A stretch of DNA of 64,000 nt from a bacterium (GTDB lineage: Bacteria; SAR324; NAC60-12). Every line of letters starts with the position of its first letter. The first letter of the stretch is position 1. This document shows positions 52,455-60,865 of this stretch, in pieces. Position numbers and translations under genes: made by a program. The stretch is from the NCBI GenBank assembly GCA_965205865.1, contig CBDBHR010000029.1, forward strand, positions 96,001-160,000. The letters are read 5' to 3'. Under the pieces are notes generated by a model. That model had not been told where the DNA came from. It saw only the letters and a list, made by a program, of their open reading frames with translations, and did no database searches.

Positions 52455-52481
52455 GGGGGTTTGAAGATCTTTCAGAAAGGA

Positions 52482-52691
52482 TCATTCATCCAACAACCGC
52501 AAAAAAGTCTCCCGCAGATTTTGGGGACAAACCAAAGCCCGGTTGCCTTCAGCGAGGGCGTCGCCGTTTAAAAACGGAGCAACATAAGCGCCGGCTTGCT
52601 GACAAAGGAGGAGACCTGACAGCGCGTCCCAACTGTTCAAATGGAGTTCAAAAAAGCCATCGAAGCGGCCCGCAGCCGTATGGGCCAGCAT
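52482..52691 (-). pseudogene. Inositol monophosphatase family C-terminal fragment
   Basis: 'AHTAAGRFDGFFELHLNSWDALSGLLLCQQAGA' matches the IMPase WD motif. The N-terminal part is absent. Confidence 0.75.
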
Positions 52692-52767
52692 GAGAGCCTT
52701 GGTTTGGCAATAAGGTCTCCAGATATGGCATCAACAGACACAACTCGATTTTTGCAATAAAACGCTT

Positions 52768-53580
52768 TCAATAGGCGATGGGTACGGCACTCTCCTCTTT
52801 GATCGGCGCCGGTGCGCCCATCAATTCATGCATCCGGTTGACGGCCGCTTCAGCAGCGCCGGCCATAATGCGCACGTCGTTGCTGATAGTGACAAAACGA
52901 AACCCTTTTTCAATCATGCGCATGGCGTATTCCGGCGTCCCATTGTGCAGTCCCGGTAGCACTCCGTATTCCAGAGACTTGCGCACGATCATATCAATGG
53001 CTTCCACGACCGGTTTTTCTTCCTGATCCAATTTGGGCGTACATCCCAGTGAATTGGAAAGATCGGCAGGGCCGACATAAATGGCCTTCAATCCATCAAC
53101 CCGGAGAATTTCGTCCAAATTGTCCAATGCTTGTTTGGTTTCGATCATGGCAAACGGAATGATTTCGTCATTCGCTTTCTTCGCATAGTCGTCTCCTCCA
53201 TAGATCAATGCCCGGATTGGCCCGAAACTACGCTGCCCGACCGGAGGATAATAGCAAGCCTCCAGAAATCGTTCCGTATCCTCACTTTTATTGATCATGG
53301 GACAGATCACCCCCATCACTCCGGCATCCAACATTCTCATGATGATACCAGGCTCCAACCAGGGCACCCGCGCTAAAGGCATGGTAGCGGTCGTTGAAAT
53401 TGCTTGAAGCATGGTCACTCCTATCTGATAATCCGCCACTCCATGCTGCAAGTCGATTGTGAGGGAATCCCATCCTTGATGGGCCATGGTTTCGGCAGAA
53501 AAGGAGCTGGGAATGGCCAACCAGCCATTAACCGTCGGTTTTTGGTTTTTCCAATTTTCCAATATTGTATTTTTTCGCAT
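52768..53580 (-). CDS. HpcH/HpaI class II aldolase
   Basis: 'IDLQHG', 'ARVPW', 'LDAG', 'MIET' and 'YVGPADLS'. Confidence 0.92.
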   Translation of the reverse strand: MRKNTILENWKNQKPTVNGWLAIPSSFSAETMAHQGWDSLTIDLQHGVADYQIGVTMLQAISTTATMPLARVPWLEPGIIMRMLDAGVMGVICPMINKSEDTERFLEACYYPPVGQRSFGPIRALIYGGDDYAKKANDEIIPFAMIETKQALDNLDEILRVDGLKAIYVGPADLSNSLGCTPKLDQEEKPVVEAIDMIVRKSLEYGVLPGLHNGTPEYAMRMIEKGFRFVTISNDVRIMAGAAEAAVNRMHELMGAPAPIKEESAVPIAY

Positions 53581-53774
53581 AATTACTCTTTCTTTCATAA
53601 ATTGGGTTGTCGTTCACAGCACCGGTCCTTCCACTCGAATAAGTTCTGAGCTTTTCAATCGAAAGGCCTGGCTGTCAGGGATTTTCGTCGTTTGTCCTTA
53701 TTGACGATGGGCTGTTCATATTGAAACAACAGGCCGACATGTCAAGTCGTTTTGATCACATCTACTGAGATAAA

Positions 53775-54935
53775 TCACAAGATGCTTTGTAAACCACGAA
53801 CCAATCGTCCGATTCCTTCAGCAACGGTTTCTTTTTCCAGGGCGCCATAGGCGACCCGTAAATAGCATCCATTCTGCAAACCAAAGGCGGTTCCGGGAAT
53901 CACGGCCACCCGGAATTCCTGGATGAGCCGATGCGCCAGTTCTAAGGAATCATGGGAGCCTTGGACGTTGATTAAAAAATAAAAAGCGCCCCGGGTCTTT
54001 GGGATCCGGATTTGCCCTTCCAGGGGGATTAATTTTTTCAGCACCAGAGAACGGACCTCTGCCAGGGATCGTAAGTGAGGCGCACAGAAGTCCGCTCCTG
54101 CTTGCAGAGCTCCTATGGCGGCATATTGACAGGGGACGGGAGGACAAATCAGAATCGTGTCCTGAATTTTCCGCATTGCAGAGGCCAAATGTCGTGGCGT
54201 CACCATGTATCCGATTCGCCAACCGGCAAATCCGTAGGCTTTTGACAGGGAATAGAGTGAAATCGTGTATTCCTCCGCATCTTCGAGTGATCCTGCAGAG
54301 AAATGCTCGACGCCTTCATAAGTGAAATACTCATAGGCTTCATCGCTGATATGATAAATCCGGGAGGCTCTACACATTTCATTGACAGCTGTCAACGCCT
54401 CGCGCGAATAGACGGCACCGGAAGGATTGTTCGGAGAAACCGTGACCACTGCCCGGGTTTTTGCAGTGATCGCCGCCCGGATTTGATCCGGCTGCAGTTG
54501 GTATTGATCATCAGTGGGCACCAAAACGGGTGTACAGTTGGCGATGGTGATAGCCATCTCATGATTGAAGTAATAGGGGGTCTGTAGAATGATTTCGTCC
54601 CCCGGATTGGTGATGGCCAGGATTGCATTGATGAACCCCATGTTGCCCCCGGCAGTCACGATGACCTGATTTTGAGGAGTAATGGCAATTCGATTCTCCC
54701 TCTGTAACTTTTCTGAAACCACCGAGCGCAACGTATCCACTCCATCGACGGCTTTATATTTGTGTATTTCAGTATCTTGCAATGCCCGCTGCATGTGTTG
54801 CAGCGCCTGGACCGGCGGACCATAATGTACCATTCCCTGTCCCAGGGAGATGGTGCCGGGGACTTGTCGAATCCAATCCCCGATAACCGGAATGATGGGA
54901 GTCTGTACTGCTTGAATCCGTTCTGCTTCTCTCAT
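53775..54935 (-). CDS. PLP-dependent aminotransferase class I/II
   Basis: 'SPNNPSG', 'SDEAY' and 'SLSKAYGFAGWRIG'. Confidence 0.92.
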   Translation of the reverse strand: MREAERIQAVQTPIIPVIGDWIRQVPGTISLGQGMVHYGPPVQALQHMQRALQDTEIHKYKAVDGVDTLRSVVSEKLQRENRIAITPQNQVIVTAGGNMGFINAILAITNPGDEIILQTPYYFNHEMAITIANCTPVLVPTDDQYQLQPDQIRAAITAKTRAVVTVSPNNPSGAVYSREALTAVNEMCRASRIYHISDEAYEYFTYEGVEHFSAGSLEDAEEYTISLYSLSKAYGFAGWRIGYMVTPRHLASAMRKIQDTILICPPVPCQYAAIGALQAGADFCAPHLRSLAEVRSLVLKKLIPLEGQIRIPKTRGAFYFLINVQGSHDSLELAHRLIQEFRVAVIPGTAFGLQNGCYLRVAYGALEKETVAEGIGRLVRGLQSIL

Positions 54936-55212
54936 GGGTTCCCCTATTGTTGCCTCTTATCCAATTGCTATTCCCGAAAAACCAGTGCTGACAAAGATGC
55001 TTCATTTGCTGAAAATGTTCAATCATCAAATGCATCGATACATCGAATAGATTTATTTAAGGAATGAAATTTGATGGTCTCCCTCTTGAGTGCAGTTACT
55101 CTGAAAACCGGGGGAAACACACCGGAAAACGCCGTCTATTTGCAAAATAACAACACTCCAGAGGGTCAATTTTGCTGAGAACAGGCACCAACACTCCAGA
55201 GTGTGACTACCG

Positions 55213-55470
55213 AATTATGATCCCAATGGATTCGCTTCTGGAAAAAGAGGAGGGACCTTTGTTGGAGTCCTGGTAAGACATTTGCCAGCCCCTTCTATTG
55301 GGAGATCATCAATGGAGTGGAGCAATCGATCAAAGGCAATAATATTGAAATGATTGTTTCCAGCTCAGAAGAAAGTTTGGAGCTGGAGCATAAGGCGCTC
55401 CATCTTTTAATCAACCGGCATTGCGATGCTTTACTTCTCTATCTAGAGAATATTGGTGGCCCGGATATTG
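55213..55470 (+). pseudogene. LacI-family regulator internal fragment
   Basis: NYDPN...VGVLV/(frameshift)SPFYWEIINGVEQ...LINRHCDALLL. No HTH and no C-terminus. Confidence 0.6.
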
Positions 55471-55545
55471 CGGAAATCAGTGGCTCCCCTTTCGATATGA
55501 ATTGTTTGATTCCGAAAGTTTCTCTGAGATGAAAGCCATTTTAGA

Positions 55546-56784
55546 TTAGATTTTTTTTACGGTGCTCCAATGGGGGCGAAAATATATAGGGATGTTCTCA
55601 ATGGCCTGTTCGGAGTAGTGATCCTTGGATGAAAGAATTCCGTGAGGAGGTTTATATTTTTCGAGAAAGCTGCGAAAGGACCTGGTCATTTTTGCTCCAC
55701 CTGTTGATGATTTGACTTCGATGGGTATCACACGATTTCCTTTATCAATGACAAAATCAACTTCCGCTTTGGATTTGGTCCGCCAGTATTGAATGTCAAA
55801 ATCGACTTTCAAGAGTTCCGAAGCAATAAAATTTTCGTTAAGACTTCCAAGGTCTGTTCGATTTTCGATGGAGTTGAAATTCTTAATAGAAATATTGCGA
55901 AAGCCATTGTCAATGAAATAATATTTTAGAGATTTCACCAATTCCAACCGTTTATTTTTGAAAAAAGGCCGACAAGGAGCAATAATAAAAGTTTTTGTTA
56001 AAATATCGAGGGCTTTGAGAAGTTCTTGATTCTTGAAACCTGTCAATAAAGATAGTTCATTGTAACTACAAATATTACTGATCTGCAGGGAGAGAGCTTT
56101 TATTAATTTTTCAAGTTTCAAATCATTTTGATAGTTCAGAATTTGACGCACCTCCTTCAGAAGATAAGTCTGAAAAATATTTTTCAAGATCAGTTCTTTT
56201 TCTTGAAGAGATTGAGCCAAAATGACTCTTGGATATCCTCCATAAATCACATATTCCTGATAATACGGATTTATCTTTCGAATGACCGCTGAACTCAAAG
56301 GCTGGTTTTCCTCAGCAAGTTGAGAGAGAGTAGGGTTTCGGAAGCTCAAAAATTCATCGAAAGAAAAAGGATATAAGACAAAAACAAAAATACGACCCAC
56401 CAAATGTCGAATACTTTGGATAGACAATTCAGTGGCTGAAGACCCTGTGATAATTATTTTTATCTGACAACTGTCGTAGATATATTTGAGCTGTTTGCCT
56501 CCATCAATGGCGTATTGAAATTCATCAATGATCAGATAATCTTTCCCTTCCACATGAAGTTTAATAAAGGCTTTAATATCATTTATAAACAAATTCAACT
56601 CATCCCGATCCTCAAAATCCAGAAAATTGACTGTTTTTCCTTTTAACTCCTTTGTAATGTGTTGAACTAAAGTCGTTTTACCACATTGTCTTGATCCAAT
56701 AATTGCAATGATTTCTGGTGAATCGAGATAAGGTAGGATTTCTTTTTCTAAACCCCTTTTGATATAGAAAGTGTTTTTCCTCAT
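55546..56784 (-). CDS. AAA_14 ATPase + DUF4143 protein
   Basis: GSRQCGKTT, 'IIDEFQ', 'ITGSS', 'KYYFIDNG' and 'EVDFV...PIEVK'. AT-rich. Confidence 0.9.
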   Translation of the reverse strand: MRKNTFYIKRGLEKEILPYLDSPEIIAIIGSRQCGKTTLVQHITKELKGKTVNFLDFEDRDELNLFINDIKAFIKLHVEGKDYLIIDEFQYAIDGGKQLKYIYDSCQIKIIITGSSATELSIQSIRHLVGRIFVFVLYPFSFDEFLSFRNPTLSQLAEENQPLSSAVIRKINPYYQEYVIYGGYPRVILAQSLQEKELILKNIFQTYLLKEVRQILNYQNDLKLEKLIKALSLQISNICSYNELSLLTGFKNQELLKALDILTKTFIIAPCRPFFKNKRLELVKSLKYYFIDNGFRNISIKNFNSIENRTDLGSLNENFIASELLKVDFDIQYWRTKSKAEVDFVIDKGNRVIPIEVKSSTGGAKMTRSFRSFLEKYKPPHGILSSKDHYSEQAIENIPIYFRPHWSTVKKI

Positions 56785-56869
56785 AAGTAAACCCTGATAA
56801 AATTTTATTGAATTAAAAATAGCAGGGTTATTATTTATGAATTATTAATAATGGCCAAGTTATTATTTT

Positions 56870-57654
56870 AAATCCAGGGACAGTTACTAATTATTTGCAA
56901 TGGATTCCATAATTTGATAATGGTTGTGAATCATTATCGAAGATAGAATTTTCACTTCAGAAATTGGAGATAAGATGGCCAGGTTAGCGAGAGTGGTCCT
57001 TCCAGGTGTCCCCCATCATGTCACCCAAAGAGGGGTTCGCTCCCTGGAAATCTTTTCAAGTGACGAGGATCGCAGAGAGTATCTCTCTCTTCTCAACGAG
57101 TATGGAGCAAAAGCAGGATTGGAGTTTTTATCCTATTGTCTGATGAATAACCATCTCCATCTTCTGGTCATTCCTCAGCATGAAAAAAGTTTAAGAGAAG
57201 GCATCGGCGAGACTCATAAACGCTACTCTCGTCTGGTGAATTTCCGAGAAAAGGTTCGTGGGCATTTATTTCAAGAACGTTTCTTCTCTTGTCCCCTCGA
57301 TCTTGCCCACTTGAGCGCCGTGGCAAGATATGTGGAGCGAAACCCGGTTCGTGCTGGAATCTGCCGCCACGCCAAAGATTTTCCCTGGTCTAGCGCCCGA
57401 TTTCATCTGGGGATGATTGATCGAGATCCCTTGGTTCAGCAAAGTCAATGGTTTGGCAGTCCTGACGATTGGAAGGAGTATCTCAAGGAGGAGTCCCATG
57501 ATTTAGAAAGATTTCGAGCACATTTTCGGACGGGTCGCCCCTTGGGAGATGACCGTTTTTTAAGAAAGGCGGAAGCCATCACCAAACGAGAATTGAGTCC
57601 AAAGAAACCAGGGAGACCTAAAAAAGATAAAAATTAGTAACTGTCCCCGGATTT
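56870..57654 (+). mobile_element. RAYT element bounded by 23-bp inverted repeats
   Basis: AAATCCAGGGACAGTTACTAATT (56870-56892) and AATTAGTAACTGTCCCCGGATTT (57632-57654) match at 22 of 23 positions. Confidence 0.8.
56975..57637 (+). CDS. REP-associated tyrosine (Y1 HUH) transposase
   Basis: 'HHVTQRG', 'YCLMNNHLHLL', 'GHLFQERF' and 'YVERNPVRAG...WSS'. Confidence 0.9.
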   Translation: MARLARVVLPGVPHHVTQRGVRSLEIFSSDEDRREYLSLLNEYGAKAGLEFLSYCLMNNHLHLLVIPQHEKSLREGIGETHKRYSRLVNFREKVRGHLFQERFFSCPLDLAHLSAVARYVERNPVRAGICRHAKDFPWSSARFHLGMIDRDPLVQQSQWFGSPDDWKEYLKEESHDLERFRAHFRTGRPLGDDRFLRKAEAITKRELSPKKPGRPKKDKN

Positions 57655-57751
57655 CCATGCCTGGCTGCAAATAAGGCTCGCTGTTTGCCAAACGCTTTGA
57701 TATACTTACTGAAAACAAGTGATTTCATGTTCCCCTTCTTTAAGGATCGTC

Positions 57752-58602
57752 ATGTTGAAACATCCCATTTCTCCGACAGTAGATTGTGTCTTCAAGAGCA
57801 TATTGGGGTCTGAGGGAAATACAAATTTATTGATTGATTTCCTCAACGGCGTGCTGGCTCCGGAGTCTCCCATTTTGGATGTTGAAATCCTCAACCCCTA
57901 CAATGAACGCGAGTTTTATTCGGACAAATTGACCATAGTCGATGTCAAAGCCAAAGATGAAAATAGAACCACCTACCAGATAGAAATTCAATTGTCCGTT
58001 TTTCCTCATTTGCCGGAGAGGATGCTCTACACGTGGAGCGATATTTATCGATCCCAACTGCAAAGCGGAGAGGAATTCGCCCAACTGCGGCCGGTCATTT
58101 CCATTTGGATGCTGACTCCCAACTTGTTTCCCGAAAGCCCTGCCTTTCATCATCACTTCCAATTAGTGGATCAGGAAAACCAAAAAAGATTCTCGGAGCA
58201 TTGTTCAATCCATCTTTTAGAATTGGACAAATGGAAGTATTCTGAGGCATTGAACAGGGAAGACCAATGGTTGTTTTTTTTAAAGAAGCCGCAAACTGGA
58301 AGGAATTACCCGAAATCATCAACACCCCTGAAATGAGGAAAGCAATGGCAGTTTTAAAACGATTTTCTGAAAAAGAAGCCGATTATCACTTATACCAAGC
58401 CCGCCAAAATGCAATCCGTGAGGAAAAAACAAGGCAAATGCTTTTGGAAGAGGCCCTGCGAGACAAGGAAGAGGCCCTGCGAGACAAGGAAGAGGCCCTG
58501 CGAGACAAGGAAGAGGCCCTGCGAGACAAGGAAGAGGCAAAAGCTAATGAAAAAAGTCTCAGAGAAATCTTGAAAAAAGCTGGAATAGATCCGGATGTAT
58601 AA
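57752..58602 (+). CDS. Rpn family PD-(D/E)XK nuclease / putative transposase, -1 frameshift at T-run 58274-58281
   Basis: 'DCVFKSILG', 'IVDVKAKD...IEIQ', 'RMLYTW' and 'ELDK'. The C-terminus lies in an adjacent frame. Confidence 0.88.
58446..58538 (+). repeat. Coding 21-bp tandem repeat, about 4.4 copies (EEALRDK)
   Basis: GGAAGAGGCCCTGCGAGACAA is repeated perfectly four times plus a partial unit. Confidence 0.95.
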
Positions 58603-58668
58603 GCTCTTTTTCTTTGGTTTCTCACGACAACCACGTCTGTAACGGGGACAGGTTCTTTGGTGCGCTTA

Positions 58669-59634
58669 CTAGTTGAAAGGGTTGAGCAGTCTGGAGAGGA
58701 GACCTCGTTTGCGTTTCTTTGCGGCGCCATAACTGCCCTCTCCGTCCCGCAGCCGCGGGTCGAGCAGGTCCCTGAGGGCATCGCCGTACATGTTGAAACA
58801 GTAAACGACAATAGTCAGGCAAAGACCAGGAAAGAGAGCCAGCCAGGGCGCCTGCTGCATGTACTGGCGTCCTTCCCGGCTGAGTATCCCTCCCCAACTG
58901 GGAACCTTGACGGGCAGTCCGAATCCGAGAAAGCTCAGCGACGCCTCGGCAATGATGACACCGCCAATGTTGATCGAGAAGATGATGATGAGGGGTGCAA
59001 TGATATTGGGCAGGACATGGCGGATCAGGATTTGGCTCGTGGGGGTGCCCACGGCCCGGGCTGCCAGAAAATAGTCATTCTCTTTGATGCCGATCACGGC
59101 GCCTCGGACGACTCGGGAACCCCCGATGCCTCCTGATATCCCCAGGACGACGATGATCTGGACGAGACCCTGTCCCACGATGGACATGATGGTTAACAAG
59201 AGGAGCAATACCGGAAAGGCCATCCAGGCATCGACAAAGCGCTGCACCGCCAGGTCCACTTTCCCACCAAGAAACCCTGAGGTGACTCCGATCAGGGTCG
59301 CAACCACCACATTGAGCGTGGTCGCAGCCAGGCCGACCAATATGGAAAGACGAGCCCCATAGATAAGGCGGCTCAATAAGTCTCGCCCCAGATGGTCGGT
59401 CCCCAGCAGATACTGGGCTGATGGGGTTTTCAGTATGTCAGCCAGGTGTATTTCATCAAATGGATAAGGAATCAGAACATCGGCAAAGAGTGCCACCAAA
59501 GTCAATATCAAAATGATAATCCCGCAGATAGTACCCAGTGGCTTCTCCTTGAGAAGCCTGATAAAGAAATTCACAAACCGGCCCCGTCGCTTGGGTTCAC
59601 TGACAGAGGATGGTGTTTCTTGGGTGTTGTTCAT
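58669..59634 (-). CDS. Peptide/nickel ABC permease (DppC-like), operon 2
   Basis: Close paralog of 42570-43541. Confidence 0.93.
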   Translation of the reverse strand: MNNTQETPSSVSEPKRRGRFVNFFIRLLKEKPLGTICGIIILILTLVALFADVLIPYPFDEIHLADILKTPSAQYLLGTDHLGRDLLSRLIYGARLSILVGLAATTLNVVVATLIGVTSGFLGGKVDLAVQRFVDAWMAFPVLLLLLTIMSIVGQGLVQIIVVLGISGGIGGSRVVRGAVIGIKENDYFLAARAVGTPTSQILIRHVLPNIIAPLIIIFSINIGGVIIAEASLSFLGFGLPVKVPSWGGILSREGRQYMQQAPWLALFPGLCLTIVVYCFNMYGDALRDLLDPRLRDGEGSYGAAKKRKRGLLSRLLNPFN

Positions 59635-59696
59635 GTTATAGGTGTCTTCCCTCTATCAAGTGGTTTCACAGGTTTAAATGGACAGATAGAGTTTTT

Positions 59697-59814
59697 ACCC
59701 ACCCCCCCTCCTTCGGAGGCACCCCTCCAAGGAGGGGAATCTCTATTCACACTTTCATAGCTTCTGAGCAAATCCCCTCTTGGGAGGGGTGGAAGCGAAG
59801 CGGACGGGGTGGGT
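59697..59814. repeat. REP-like palindromic element between dppB and dppC
   Basis: ACCCACCCC...CCCCTCCAAGGAGGGGA and TCCCCTCTTGGGAGGGG...GGGGTGGGT form an inverted pair. Confidence 0.7.
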
Positions 59815-60771
59815 CTATTCATACCGCACCCTGGGGTCTAAATAAGGATAAATCAGGTCGATCAGGAGATTGAGCAGCACCACCCCAGTGGCGAAGAATA
59901 GGTTTACTCCGGAGACCAGCGGGTAGTCTCTGTCGGTGAGCGCGGTCATCATGAGACGCCCGAGCCCCGGCAGGGCAAAGATGTTCTCCATGATCACGGC
60001 GCCCCCGACGAGGATCGGCAATTGCAGGCCGATCAGGGTCACCACCGGGATGAAGGCATTCTTGATGGCGTGTCTCACCACAACCACCCGCTCCTTGAGC
60101 CCCTTGGACCAGGCGGTGCGGATATAGTCCTGCCGGAGCACCTCCAGCATCATGGTGCGCATCAGCCGCATGGTGGCGGCCGCCATCGCCGTCCCCAGAA
60201 TCAGGCTGGGAATGAGGAACATCCCGAGACTCCCCAGCGGGTCTTCGGTGAAAGGAATCAGTTCAATCGGGGGCGACCAGCCCCACCAGATGGCCGGGTA
60301 GACCATCACCATCACGCCCAGCCAGAAGTTCGGCGTAGCCAGGCCGATGATGGCGAGGGAGCGCCCCACATAGTCAGCGGCCGTATCCTGGCGGATCGCC
60401 GAGTAGATGCCGACGGGCAGGGCGATCAGGAGCCCGATCACGATTGACAACAAACCAAGCTCTATGGTTACCGGCAATCTACCTAGTATTCTCTCCTCTA
60501 CCGGAAAACCGCCGCCCACCAGTGATTCGCCAAGGGTGCCGCGCAGTAAGATACCTCCTATCCAGCGGCCATACTGCACGTAGGCAGGCACGTCTAATCC
60601 CAGCATACGCTCCAGCGCTTCACGGTCTACCTCACCCACAAATTCAGCCTTAGCCAGCATGGCGACTATGACATCGCCGGGAATGAAGCGGACCGAAAAA
60701 AAGACGATGATGCTCAAGATGAACAGGGTGGGGATGATCAGCAATAACCGCCTGATGATGTACGCTTTCAT
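59815..60771 (-). CDS. Peptide/nickel ABC permease (DppB-like), operon 2
   Basis: Close paralog of 43627-44583. Confidence 0.93.
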   Translation of the reverse strand: MKAYIIRRLLLIIPTLFILSIIVFFSVRFIPGDVIVAMLAKAEFVGEVDREALERMLGLDVPAYVQYGRWIGGILLRGTLGESLVGGGFPVEERILGRLPVTIELGLLSIVIGLLIALPVGIYSAIRQDTAADYVGRSLAIIGLATPNFWLGVMVMVYPAIWWGWSPPIELIPFTEDPLGSLGMFLIPSLILGTAMAAATMRLMRTMMLEVLRQDYIRTAWSKGLKERVVVVRHAIKNAFIPVVTLIGLQLPILVGGAVIMENIFALPGLGRLMMTALTDRDYPLVSGVNLFFATGVVLLNLLIDLIYPYLDPRVRYE

Positions 60772-60865
60772 GACAGACTCGGAGTGGTGGATGTGCTTGG
60801 GAGTGTGCTTGGGAGGACGCTCGGAAGCGGTGCTGGGGGCCTGGGGCCCCCAGCTCGAAACCGCG

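Noticed and set aside
55151-55201. 13-bp direct repeat CAACACTCCAGAG with 38-bp period
   Set aside because: Only two copies beside a LacI stub. It may be an operator but there is no supporting evidence.
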